DNA of 64,000 bases from the human T2T-CHM13v2.0 reference genome, Homo sapiens. The stretch is taken from assembly GCF_009914755.1 (NCBI RefSeq), contig NC_060939.1. One strand, written 5' to 3'. The position numbers were made by a program, and so were the translations under genes. The notes under the pieces were generated by a model, which saw only the letters and a program-made list of their open reading frames with translations, was not told the origin of the DNA and did no database searches. Shown in pieces: positions 44,442 to 59,027 of the stretch. Position 1 is the first letter of the stretch; each line of letters opens with the position of its first letter.

Positions 44442-45094
44442 TGACACAGGACTTTCCTTGTCTACTTTGCCAACTGGGGACCTCCACAACTGGCGACATA
44501 CACCCTGGGCCTTGCTCAGCCCTGGGCCCTGACGCTGGAGGTGCCCTGCCCACTCAGCCCGCCTAGGTTACATACAGCTTTTGCCTGTGTTCAGTTGTTC
44601 CTGAGCTCTTGTCCTGCGTCCAAGAAGAATGAGATCATGCTAACAATTTGAAGGTTGAGGAGGGCAGAGAAGAATTTTATTGAGCAACAGAACAGCTCTC
44701 AGTGGACAGGGGATGTGGGGGGTGGTTCCCCACCCCCACAGTTGGGTGGTTTATCTTCCAGTCTTGCTGGGTCTAGGGCTTTTTATGGACTCAGAATGGG
44801 GAGTGTGTGCTGATTGGTTTGTGATTATGCAAAAGAGGTTAAAGGGAAAACACCACTCAAAGGTGGGCATGACAATGTAAAAAACCAATTAGGAAAGGGT
44901 AGGTGTATGTAAAATAGGTGAACAGTGGGTTCAATCAGAGGAAAGCACACCAAATGGGAAGAAAGGTTCTCAATCTGGTCCAAGGATTTACCTGAGACTT
45001 GTAGCTAGGCTTTAAATTGTCTCAGCCTTCGTCAGTTTTCACTGGGGACCTGCCCCTATCTGCCTAATTATTTATCTGCCTCCTGCCACTATCA
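44442..45094 (-). mobile_element. ERV1 solo LTR (MER52-like), 4-bp TSD CAAC
   Basis: TG...CA termini. CAAC at 44438-44441 and 45095-45098. tcttgtcctgcgtccaagaagaatgag motif. Confidence 0.8.
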
Positions 45095-45161
45095 CAACTA
45101 TCTTTCTATTTGTTTTCTATTTATCCCATCCATTTTTTGTTCCTTATTCTTTGTTTTCTGA

Positions 45162-45474
<313 letters not shown>

Positions 45475-45830
45475 AGGGTTACATATTTTAAAATAATTTT
45501 TAACATTCCATTTTAAATCTTTTATGGCTTTTAAACTATACCTCTTCATATTATTTTTAGTGGTTGCTCTAGGAATTACAATATTCATCCTTAAGTTACC
45601 AGAGTTTCTTTGGAGTTAATATTGCACCAGTTCACATAAAATGTAAGGAATTTGCAACTATTGACCTCCCAATTTTTTGTGCTATCGTTATCATCTACTT
45701 TACATATATTATAAAATGCACACTGTATAATAATTTTTGTTTTAAATAGCCAATTGTCTTTGAGAGAAATTAAGAGAAGAAAAAGATATTATCTTTTATA
45801 TTTGCCATATATATCTGAGTTGTCATCTGA

Positions 45831-46175
<345 letters not shown>

Positions 46176-46260
46176 TCAAGCATTTCTTAAAAGAAAGCTC
46201 ATGCCTGCTGGTAACACTTGCCTGTCTTTTGTCCAAAAAAAAAAAAAAAGTCTTTAGATT

Positions 46261-46581
<321 letters not shown>

Positions 46582-47281
46582 TCACCTTTATTTTGAAAGA
46601 TTTTTCACTGGGTATAGAATTTGGGGTAGCCATGTTTTTTGTTTTTTGTTTTTTCCTTATTCAGTGCTTTAAAGTTCCATTGTTTCTGATGAGAAGTCAA
46701 CCATTATTCACATAATTGATCCTCTGTGGGTATAATGGATCTTTTTTTCTTTTCTGGCTGCTTTCAAGATTTTCTTGCCTTTGACTTCCAGGGGTTTGAT
46801 TATCATATGCTTGAATGTAGTTTTCTTTGTGTTTATTCTGCTTGGGGTTCATCGTATGAGTTTCTAGGATCTGTAAGCTTCTGTTTTTTTAACAAATTGA
46901 GCAAGATTTTGGCCATTGTTTCTTTAAATATTTTTCTCTATGATTCTCTCCCTCCTCTCCTTCTGGGGCTTCAATTACATGCAGATTATACCACCTGACT
47001 TTGTCCTACAGGTCACTGAAGAACCATTATGTAAAATTTTTTTTCTTGTTATTCGGATTAGGTAATAGCTATTGATTGCTCTTCAAGTTCCCTACCCTTT
47101 CTTCTGCCTACTCAAATTTGCTGTCAAACCTATTTGATTAATTTTTTATTTGAAATATTTTACTTTCAGTTTTAGAATTTCCATTTAGTCCTCTTTTATA
47201 TACATTTAATTTCTCTGCCAAGATTTTCCACGTGTTCATTTAGTATTATTATTTTTTAAGGTCCTTAAAATATGTATAACA

Positions 47282-49373
47282 CATATATCTAAACATCATC
47301 TTGTATGCTTTAAATATATGCAATTTTCATTTGTCAATTATGCCTTAATAAAGTTGGGGAAAAAGCTACCTTTGTCAATTGTTTATGTATAGCATTAATA
47401 ATACAGAGGTTAAAAGAATAGTACAATGGATAACAATATAACTATTATCTAAAATGAAAATACACTCACTTTTGAAGTATGTACATATAATTATTTATAA
47501 TCATATATGTATTGTTTGCTAAGTGTCTGCAAGTACATTATACTTACGATACTTTATCCTAAATAGTGCATCATGAGTCTCTTCAAAACAAGAAATATTC
47601 TGCATAACCAAAATGCCATTATAACACCTAAGAAAATAAACAATAACTTACTAATATAATCAAATAGCAACTTAATATTTAATATGTTTATATTTTATTT
47701 TTGATTTAAAATTATAATTTTCATTTGATGCTTTATTACAGAATGTCCTTTGATAATCTGGGTTTTATAAATTCTAAGTATGTGCCATAGACTTTTATCA
47801 TTTTTGGCATAAAATCTCTTCAAAATTTCTTTCCTCAAAATATTTAATATTAATTAGAGATTTAGAATATTTTAGAAATAGGAGGTTGTTTACATTAATC
47901 TTTTTTTTATTATTACACTTTAAGTTCTAGGGTACATGTGCACAACGTGCAGGTTTGTTGCATGTGTGTGCGTGTGCCATGTTGGTGTGCTGCACCCATT
48001 AACTCGTCATTTACATTGGGTGTATCTCCTAATGCTGTCCCTCCCCACTACCCCCACCCCACAACAGGCCCTGGTGTGTGATGTTCCCCTTCCTGTGTCC
48101 AAGTGTTCTCATTGTTCAATTCCCACCTGTGAGTGAGAACATGTGGTGTTTGGTTTTTTTGTCCTTGCGATAGTTTGCTCAGAATCATGATTTCCAGCTT
48201 CATCCATGTCCCTACAAAGGACATGAGCTCATCCTTTTTATGGATGCATAGTATTCCATGGTATATATGTGCCTCATTTTCTTAATCCAGTCTATCATTG
48301 ATGGACATTTGGGTTGGTTCCAAGTCTTTGCTATTGTGAATAGTGCCGCAATAAACATATGTGTGCATGTGTCTTTATAGCAACATGATTTATAATCCTT
48401 TGGGTATACACCCAGTAATGGGATGGCTGGGTCAAATGGTATTTCTAGTTCTGGATCCTTCAGGAGTCGCCACACTGTCTTCCACAATGGTTGAACTAGT
48501 TTGCTGTCCCACCAGCGGTGTAAGGGTGTTCCTATTTCTCCACATCCTCTCCAGCCCCTGTTGTTTCCTGACTTTTTAATGATCGTCATTCTAACTGGTG
48601 TGAAGTTTTCAATTAAAAAAATCCCCTGAAATCCACAGGGAAACATTTTTTATTAATTCTACAAGCAGCTTATAGAAAACAACAATTTTCAGATGAATAT
48701 ATAAACATATTTCAATATCAAATCAGCCTATTATTTTAATTAACCTAAATTGTTAATATGCACTGAGTTTCACTACAATATTTTAATGCTTTCTATATTT
48801 CAGTAAATTGATTTCAGATTTTAGTTTACCTTGCAAGCATTGTTTTTGAACATCGTTGTCAAAATGTGAAGATTTACTAAAGGTTTCTGTTAATTTTAAG
48901 GACTGATCAATATGAATATATTTACTTAAAGCATTGAAAATTTTACTTAAAATATAAACAGAAATTCTTAATCTAGAATATCCTATGTATTTTTCAGATT
49001 TCTATTTACATTTGTTAAATGGAGGCTCGCTGTAGGAAAGAGAAGTATAATTCAATTTATAATTTAGGTATATTGTATTAGCAGAGAGTATATTAGAAGT
49101 GGTTATATTAGAAGTGAGTACAAGTCATAAGGAAATTCAGAGACAAAATCAAGTAAATATGATTTCTTTTTTCAATTACAAGCTTTCTGAGTTTGTGAAT
49201 CACCATAGCTTAAGTGTTACCCATTATGCAAAATTATTGGTATTTCTTTTGGTCATCTATTTAAAAACCTAAAATATTTAGAAGCATGGACATGCAATGT
49301 CTGAATATTTTGATACTCCATGATTTGATGATACATTGCTGCATAATAAATCACATCAAATCTTAAAAAAAAA
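47282..49373 (+). mobile_element. L1-mediated composite retro-insertion (3' transduction or processed RNA copy)
   Basis: EN site cctt|aaaa at 47265-47270. TSD AAAATATGTATAACA 47267-47281 versus AAAAAATGTATAACA 49368-49382. AATAAA 49345-49350 then A9 at 49365-49373. The host L1M reads through when the insert is removed. Confidence 0.8.
47901..48603 (-). mobile_element. L1PA (PA4-6-like) 3' fragment with clustered A>G changes
   Basis: ttaagttctagggtacatgtgcacaacgtgcagg... ORF 48212-48646 is the ORF2 C-terminus. Confidence 0.93.
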
Positions 49374-50644
49374 TGTATAACAGCAGCTCTAGAGTCCTTA
49401 TCTGCTCATTCTGATATCAGAGTCATCTTAGGATCTGTTTTTATTGCCTACTTTTTCTTTTTACTGTGGACTACATCTTCCTATTTCTTTGTATGTACAA
49501 GAACTTTTATTGTTATGAACATTATAAATGATACGTTCTAGAGACTTGGAATTGTTATCTTGCTTCCTAAAGTGCTGATTCTTATTCAAGTAGGCAGTTA
49601 ATTTGGCTAGATTCAAACTCCAGACTCTATGCTTGCTGTGGTTGGTAGCAGCTGAAATCTCTGCTCAGCTTTTAAAAATCTTTAACAGTTCCATCCTGGC
49701 TGGGCTCCTTTAAAACCTCTTTCAGATACATGGAGCTCAGAGGTCAGCCAAGGATTTATATGTCATTTATTTGCAAATTTTGGAATCTCCTGTCCTTCTT
49801 GCAATTTCCTCATTTCTATTATTTCCCCCTATTTTCAGCTTTTATGACAGCACTAAACTCCATCCTCTGACTTTCAAGCCAGTAAGACTGTGTTTTTCTT
49901 CTTGAATTATAGCCACTCTGCCTCTCATAGTCTGAGAAGTACTTCCAGGCCAGAAATTACACACACATAAATCTCAACTGTTGAAGTTCCCTTCTTTCAA
50001 GATCAGCTACCCTCTAGCTTCTGCCTGCTTTCATTCTCAGTGCCTTCAAATAGTTGGAGTTTTGTGGGGGTTTTTTGTTTGTTTGTTTTTAGTTTTTTTT
50101 TACATTTTGTCCAGAGTTTGTTATTATTGTCTTCAGGAGAGAGAGTCTTTTATAAGCTGCTCCACCATTACCATAAAAGTAATACTTGCTATTATATTAC
50201 CTTTATCAAAATAGAAAATATTTGCTACTAATATGTTCATTTTAAGTGCTCCTTCCCGGAAAGTCTTAAGTGATTATTTTTTAAAACATTCTTTGCTCTT
50301 TTTCTTCTTCAGTTGAGATAATAAGACAGAATTAAATGAGTTTTGAATTGCATAATGCCTTCAGAATAGTATACAAATAATTACAATATATGTTATAAAT
50401 GTAACAAGATAAGTAAAAAGAAAAACTATAGAAAATCAGAGGAAGAAGAGATCAGAAGTGATTTCCTACAGGAGATTACGTTTTAGCTAGTTGTTAAAGG
50501 GTGACAAGAATTTAATAGCAGAGCCTAGAGGAGGAGAATATTCTAGAAGGAACATTGTAAGAAATGCAAAAAAGTGCTAGGTGAGGCTCAAGTCTTACTG
50601 ATAATATGTATAATTTATGACTTAAAATCAATACTTAAAAGTTC

Positions 50645-51325
<681 letters not shown>

Positions 51326-51420
51326 TTAATTCATTAATTCCTCACAATAGCCTTATGGAAGAACAGTGATGGTGAATTTTATGTAAAATAGGATTTTATA
51401 AATTCAAAGTATCATGATAT

Positions 51421-51698
51421 AGAAACCAGGTCTGTCTGTCACTCAGGCTGGAATGTAGTGGCATAATCATAGCTCACTGTAGCCTTAAACTCCTGGGCTC
51501 AAGCAATCCTCTCACCTCACTCAGCCTCCCAAGTAGCTGAGATTACAGGTGCATGCCCAGATAATTTTTTTTATTTTTTGTGGAGCCTGGATCTCACTAT
51601 GTGGCTTAGTCTGGTCTCGAACTCCTGGCCTTAAGCAATCCTCCCACATCACCCTCCCAAAGCACTGGGATTGCAGGCATGAGCCGCTGCACCTAGCC
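51421..51698 (-). mobile_element. AluJ without a clear tail
   Basis: atcatagctcactgtagcc..ctcctgggctcaagcaatcctc. Confidence 0.88.
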
Positions 51699-51751
51699 AA
51701 ATTCTGGCTTTATACATAAAGTTTGAAATAATTCAAATTTGAGTGAATTAT

Positions 51752-51786
<35 letters not shown>

Positions 51787-51819
51787 TATATAGTGAATTA
51801 TATATGTGTGTGTGTGTGT
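51752..51819. repeat. (CA)n ... (TG)n compound microsatellite
   Basis: Direct reading. Confidence 0.9.
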
Positions 51820-53199
51820 CCTGTATTATTTAGGATATGAGCTCTGAAAATGTAGAAAATAACAATAGATTAAATACAACCATAATTAACAGTTTGAGCA
51901 TAGAAGTTTGTGGCTCGTCTGGCAGTTCCACAATGTCAGGTCCATACACACTTTCCATCTGACTGCTCTGACCTCCTGGACAGGCATCTTGTGATCTCCG
52001 GTGGCTACTCGGCTCCCACCATCATGTCTTTATTTCAGTCAGTAGAGTCAGTAGGTTCCTATACCACTGGCCAGAACCTTGTCTGAAAGCCACAGAAAGC
52101 TGCAAGGCAGTCTGGGAGATGTAATTTCTGGATGTCAGCCAGCAGTCTTTGCCATACCTGCCATTCTTTGCCTGTCTTGAATTATGTGAGTTCAGAATTA
52201 TGAAATGCTTCCAGAAGCAGATCCTTTACATAAAAATTACTTGCCCTGTGGATAAGAGGATTCCTATTTTACAGAAGATAAAACTGAGACTCAGAGAAGT
52301 TAAATAACATACACTCTGCACATTGCTAATTAAGTGACAGAGCTAGGAATCCAGTCCAGTGCTCCAAGCCCAAGATTCTTGCCTTTATTATAGATGCCTC
52401 CCCAGGGAATTTTCTTCTGTCTCCAAGAATGCTGGTAAACCTGACCAAGAGGAAGTGAGACTCCTACTGTATTTAAGTGGCACCAAGAAAGACCTGAGAA
52501 AGCTGGCAGAGTGGTAGGACATAGGGTAGAGCCGGTGACCTAAGCTGTGCTTGGTGAAAGCATCAGAAACTAAGAAAGTGCAGTAAAAAAACAACAAAAA
52601 ACAAACAAAAAAGCCCCACTGGGCCATGAAGCAGTGACATGCATTTTTCATTCTGCCTCTGAAATTGATAAACTGTATGCTTTGGCTATTTTTCCTTTCT
52701 GCTTCTTAGTTTTCCTCTTCCATAACATGGAGTTGAAGGTAGGGAGGGATGGCCTTATCTTCAACTAAGTAAGCAAGCCCTGATGGAGGATATTTCTCAA
52801 GATCTCAAGACAGGCAGGAGAGCCTAAAAACTTTAACAAGGACTGCATACCTCAACAGAGGCTTACCCCCATCCAAGCCCTCAGGTAACAGAAAGGTAGA
52901 AAAAAACCCAGAATGCCCAGTTCTCACATGTTGCTGGGAGAGATCACACACTGGTACCAGATAATGGGAGAGGAGATTCTACATCACAGCAAGTAGAATG
53001 TCTGGACAGAGCTACCCAAGTATGCACAAGAGAAAAAGAAATGATATGGTCACTATATGGATTTCCTGTGGTCTTTGTATTTTCTCCAAGTCAGTATTTC
53101 ACCCACAGCTAACGAAAGCAAGGGAGGGGAAATGGAAGGGAGAATTAGGGGCTGCAAAAGACAAAGCCTAACCTAGAAAAAACATAAATGAAGGAGCAG

Positions 53200-54740
53200 A
53201 AGGAATTTTCTCACAATTACTTCACATTATACTACAACTTAAAGAGAACATAAATTAATTTAAACTAGAGCTCAAACATGAGATGATAAAATAGAAGAAT
53301 AAAAAAGGGATATAAGGGATATATATCCTTGCAGATATAAGGAAACAAATTGAATACCAGAATACTTTATGGAACTCATAAATAAACTATAAATACAATG
53401 AACATAACAAACACTGCTGAATATTAAAATACTGACATAGAGAAAAGACTTTAAGTACAGTAAATGCAGAAGAAAAAGACAAAGGAGGTTAATTAGAAGC
53501 TAATAGATATACCTATTAGTTTGGTACAAACTATAAGAAAGAAATCCAAAAATATAATGACTTAAATAAATTAGTGTATTTCTCATTCTCAAAACAGTCC
53601 ACAAGTGAGAAGTCCAAGGCTGGCAGGACAGCTCTGCTCTACACAGTCATTCAAGATACGATTTCTTTCATCTTGATCTCCATCAGCTCCTCATTACAGT
53701 AGTTACAGGACATTCTAATCCCAGTGGTGGAAGCTGGCTCCTCTCCACACCCACATTTCAGCCCTTAGGAAGGATGATGATAGTACTGCCAAGCACTCTG
53801 AGGACATGACCCAGAGGTTACACAGATCACTTCTGCTTACAACTTATTGGCTGGAATTTGGTCACTGGTCCACATTTAGCCACAGAGGATGCTGGGAAAT
53901 GTATTCTGTAAGTGGACAGACATGTACTCAGCTAAAACTCAGGATGTCCTATTCTAAAAGGAACCAAGTACCACAATATGAAAGATAAGGATGAGCCAAC
54001 ATTTAAGGATATTTGGTGTCCCTAAACCAGAGAACCCAGAAAATGAAAGAGAAAGGGTATTCGATAATATAATGTAAGAAAATTTTCTCAAAGTCAAGGA
54101 AGAACTGAGTCTACAGGTAAAAAGAAAACATCAAATCCCAGGAAAATTTGATTTTGAATATTTAACATACAAATATATTTTAGTTAAATATTTGGATTTC
54201 AAAGACAAAGAATGCTTCAGACATCCAGATGAGAAGAAAGTAAATCACCAACCAGGGGTGGAAAAGCAGATGGCTGTCAGACTTCACAATAATTATCATT
54301 GTGGAAGAAAATGGTGCAATGTCTACAAAATTTGGAGAAAAGAAAGGATGACCCCAGATGTAATTCAAGTATGACTTGCTTTAATTCTAGTAAAGTACAC
54401 ATGAACACTTGTTGGGAAAAACTACTTGATAACCAAAGCTAGCCAATTAAGAGATCAATAAAAGAGCTCAAGCAGAGAAGCCATGACAAATGAACTATAT
54501 GTGAGCACTGGACCCATTTATATGTAGAGCTAATACTAAACAATTATAGAATCATGGTACCAAAACAGAATGTGAACATTATAAATCTGGATGGTGCAAA
54601 AATTAAGATACAATCAAGATTGGGGAGGTGAGGGAGTGGAGATCAGGGCATCAAGAGAGTTCTAATTTTCTCACCATTTGAAGCTAAGATATAGTATTCA
54701 AAATAAAATCGTGGTAAATAGATCTAAACATTTTTCAGAG
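53200..54740 (+). mobile_element. HAL1/old L1M ORF1-like element, interrupted by an old MLT1 LTR (~53512-53960, -)
   Basis: gagccaacatttaaggatatttggtgtccct (xSNIxIxGVP-like), aagaaaattttctcaaa. MLT motif ggtcacatttagcc..ggatgctgggaaatgta. Confidence 0.55.
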
Positions 54741-54758
54741 TCAACTTTAACTCTAGAG

Positions 54759-55292
54759 CAGGGGTACACAAACTACTGCTTGAGGGCAGGCCACCTGTTT
54801 TTGTAAATAAAGTTTTTGTCCATTTGGGCTGCTATAACAAAAATACGATAAACTGGGTGGTTTATAAATAACAGAAATTTATTTCTCACAGTTTTGGAAG
54901 CTGAGAAGTCCAAAATCAAGCTGCTGGCAGATTTGGTGTCTGGTGAGGACCTGTTTCCTGGTTCATAGATGGCGCCTTTTCTCTGTGTCCTCACATGGTG
55001 GAGGGGACATAGCAGCTCTCTGGGGTCTCTTTTTATAATCCCATTCATGACGATTCCATCCTCATGATCAAACCACCTTCCAAAGGCCCCATCTCTTAAA
55101 AGTATCACATTGGTGATTAAGTTTCAACATGTGAATTTAGGAGGGACACTAACTTTCAGACCACAGCTTCACTCATTTATTTACAAATTGTCTGCCTGCT
55201 GCTTTTAACTACAAAACAACAAATCTGAACAGAGCCTTCATGCCTAAAATGTTTGTTATTTGGCCCTTTAAGGAAAAATTTGCCAGCCCTTG
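54759..55292 (+). mobile_element. MER58A interrupted by an MLT1A0 LTR
   Basis: caggggtacacaaactac...ccacctgtttttgtaaataaagtttt and atttggccctttaaggaaaaatttgccagcccttg. Confidence 0.8.
54817..55146 (-). mobile_element. MLT1A0-type MaLR LTR
   Basis: gtccatttgggctgctataacaaaa ... ctttcagaccacagc. Confidence 0.85.
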
Positions 55293-55706
55293 CAGAGGAA
55301 TCATTTTTAATTCAGAGAAATCTTGTGGTAAAGAAATATTTATTTGAAGTTTAATAATGTGTTAGGTTTAATTCAGCCTTTTTTCCTCATGTAAAATTAA
55401 TAACATAAGTCCTATTTTTTATACAAGGATATATCATTCTAAAGATGTCAGGGACGATGGATCACCTGATGATATTTGGCATGATCTCTTAAACTTTTGT
55501 CTTTTGTATTTCTACACTGCTTGAAATCTTTATAATGGGCATACATCATTTTTACCAAAATAATAAAATAGAATGGTTTTTCTATTTGAAAACACTGGAA
55601 GCAAATATGCCAAAATATTAACAATAGTTAATTCTGGCTGATGGGAATATGATTGCTGTTTTCTTCTTTAAGCTTTTCTATATTTTTTACATTTTCAAAA
55701 ATTTTT

Positions 55707-56019
<313 letters not shown>

Positions 56020-56488
56020 TTAGCATCAAGTGATAAAGTTCTGAATTCCAGTTGAGGAAATAATAATGAGAAACTAGCTAGAAGGGACATTGTTCTATTT
56101 ATAATATGATTTATATTATATCATATTATACAAACTACAAAGTGTGGTTGCAGAATAAAATATAATAAAAAACATGACAAAAAGAAGAAGCCACAGCAGA
56201 TGATATTTGAATCCTTTCAGGCGATCAGCACATTCATAAAGCTGGTTTCTTTAATTTGCATCAGTCTCAATCTACCTTTCCAGTCTCATTCCCCCATCCT
56301 ACCCTCCTTCTCATACCCATACCCTATACTCCAGTCACATAGAGCTCCTTCTCGTCAGTGAAATCTTCATGCATGAAATATGCTGTTTTGCACCATTGCT
56401 ACCACTTTTACTACCTATAACTGCATCCTCTTCTCCACCTGATATAATTTAGTGCTTTATTTAAGATGCAATTTAAATGTCACTTACT

Positions 56489-56680
56489 GCAGTACATCTT
56501 AACTTTGGCTACGCATCAGAATCACCTGGGGAGCTTTCTAGAAATACTGAGGCCCAGGCCCCAGCCTACCTATTCTGAGTTAATTGCCCAGGGTTGGGTC
56601 CCAGGGTTGGGGCCCAGGCGGCAGTATTTTTAAAAAGCTCCCTGAGCGATTCTAATATACAGCCAGGGCTGAGAGTCGCT
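56489..56680. mobile_element. MER5A-type hAT element within an L2
   Basis: gcatcagaatcacctggggagcttt...aagctccctgagcgattctaat...cagggctgagagtcgctg. Confidence 0.8.
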
Positions 56681-56980
56681 GCAAAGCCTTCTGCAATACA
56701 AGCAGGCAGAGTTAATTACTCCCTCTTCTATACTCCTACAGCCCTTAGCTTTTCCATTGCTCATGAAATTTAATGCTCAGCGTGTTAAAGTTAGTGTTAT
56801 ATAGTAAGTGCTCAGTAAATGCTGAAGGTTGTTTCATTCCTTCACCCTCCAACCAAGCATACGCAGAAGTGATTATCCTTACCATGGAAGAGGACAGCAG
56901 AGTGGACAGATGTTTCCTATCCAGTGACACTATCTGAGGGATTTATTTCTGTCAACGAAAACACCACCTTCCATTCTCCA

Positions 56981-57026
56981 ACACATACACACACACACAC
57001 GTGCACACACACACACTACACACACA
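56981..57026 (+). repeat. Interrupted (CA)n
   Basis: Direct reading. Confidence 0.85.
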
Positions 57027-58906
57027 GTCACCTCACTGCCTTTTCAGCATAGTTCTTCGGTCTGGTTTTTACATTGTTTAGATTGATGCAATTGAAAGAA
57101 TTAAAGCAGTGTGATGAATGTGCTGATTGCCTGACAGAGTCTGAACATCACTTGCCTACTGTCCTCTCCTTTGTGTCATCCTTTATGTTGTGTTTTATGT
57201 TCGATCCTGCTACTTTAGCTTGTCAGAGCAGGTTGTCAGGTGTTCTTTGTCAAAGGCTTTGAGAAAATCCGGATAAATTATCCTCTTTGTCCTGAAACTG
57301 CCAAACCTATATTTTACATCATCACAGTGCTTGACAGTTTTATTTAAGTTGAATCTTTCTCTCTTCCTCCGATTTACCTTTGTCTCACTGACCTTTATAT
57401 CAATCAGACAAGTGGAGACCCTGCCGCTTTTGATATTGAATATTCTCAGCTATGTACATGCCTGCTAGAGCACAGTGCATTGGATATCTCAGCCTTACTG
57501 ATTAGGAGGAGATCCTGGAAGCTACTCATGTCTGGAGATGAGGTGGGGAGAGGAGAGCTGAGGATAAGGGCAAGAAACCAATGTGGATCAGGAAGACCAG
57601 AGTCTCATAATAAATAAATCTTCTTATGAGTCCTGCACTCTCATTAAGGCGAGGCTGGTAGCACCTCCCTTTCCCCTTCTGACTCACCTGGGGAGAAACA
57701 GATTGCACTAACAGTCTACTCTTTCCTATTCAAAATACTATTTTTATTTATTTACCAAACATCATCAAAGTGTTTGATGTTCATGGTGTTACCACATCCT
57801 GGCAGTGGGGGCCCGAACCCTTTGTCCAGACATTTCTCAGCTAATAGATACTTATTTTGTAAAGTGATTTTCTCCCTCTGGTCTTGATGAAGCTTTCCCT
57901 TTCTTTTTCCTTAAAGTCACTATGACCTTAATGGCAATAAGGTATTGTGCAACCGAGTCCAATGGCAAATTTTACCAATGTAAAATCAGATTAATTTCAG
58001 AATTGAATAATCTGTGCATATCTAGTATACTGCATGGCCTGAAACAAATTTCTAATCTTTCTGTCTTGAGTTCTTTATTAGTTAAATAGCAAACTGTTAC
58101 CTAGTTCCCTTGGAAGTTATGTAAATTAATTAATGTTTGGAAAATGACTTGAAAATTCAGTCTATAAATACCAAACTATAAATACCAAAGTTGCATTTTC
58201 CCTGCTGAGAGAACCCAGGTAATTCATAAACTCCTACGATAAAGGTAAAAATAGTATAGTTGGACTATACAATCAAATGTGATTTATATGCAATATATGT
58301 AATCTTTAAAATCTAGAAACCATTTAATAGAAACAATTCATATTTTGTAACTGTAATAAAAGCATTTTATGACTTTAGGAAAAGTAATTATCTTCTCTAA
58401 CTGATCTAGATATTGTGTCTTTGTAACCATCTCTGAGATCTGCAAAAGAATCTACCCAGAATTAATATTGATTGACATGTTTATCTTTTAAGTCTTCCAG
58501 GTTTTTTGTTTTAACATTAACACTCTAACATTTATTTCCTGGGAAATTTTTTGGTACAAAACTTTGCTGTATTCAAAACCTCCTCTGTCAAGATTTAGCA
58601 TTTGTATATTGTAGTCATTAAAATTGAACAAAATCTTAATAGTTCTTTTATTAACTACTATGTTGACTTTATATAGTGGAAATCACAACTTGTTAATTGG
58701 ATTTAATTAACTATTTTAAATTACACAAACTCCTGATGGTAGTAGACAATAGCACAGGGTATTCATGAACAATAAAATTGGAGCTGATATTGCTACTTTA
58801 TTAAAACTTAATGCAACTATTCATAACTTTATTTATTGTTTACAAGAAGAAAACTGTTCACTGTGAAGGCAAAAATGTTTGCTGAAACAAATTTTTTATT
58901 ATCTAG

Positions 58907-59027
58907 ATAAAGGTTTCGAAGTTAATCAAAGGGTCTAACATATCCAGCCTCACGGTTCTGCCATCTTCTCATTGCACAGATCCCTATTTCACTCCTATAC
59001 CAGTCTTACAAGCAGATGCCCACAAAG
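58907..59027 (+). CDS. IQCH: IQCH internal coding exon (probably exon 5), 121 nt, phase 0 to phase 1
   Basis: Acceptor ttttttattatctag|ATA and donor AAAG|gttagt. Reads [40 protein letters not shown](G). Confidence 0.93.

Noticed and set aside
47901-48603. GC-biased gene conversion, CpG decay or APOBEC3 as the cause of the L1 changes
   Set aside because: The changes are one-directional A>G on one strand. gBGC would give T>C equally, and CpG decay or APOBEC3 give C>T/G>A. Ordinary transcription-coupled asymmetry would also affect the same-orientation L1 at 6371-7090, which keeps its A's.
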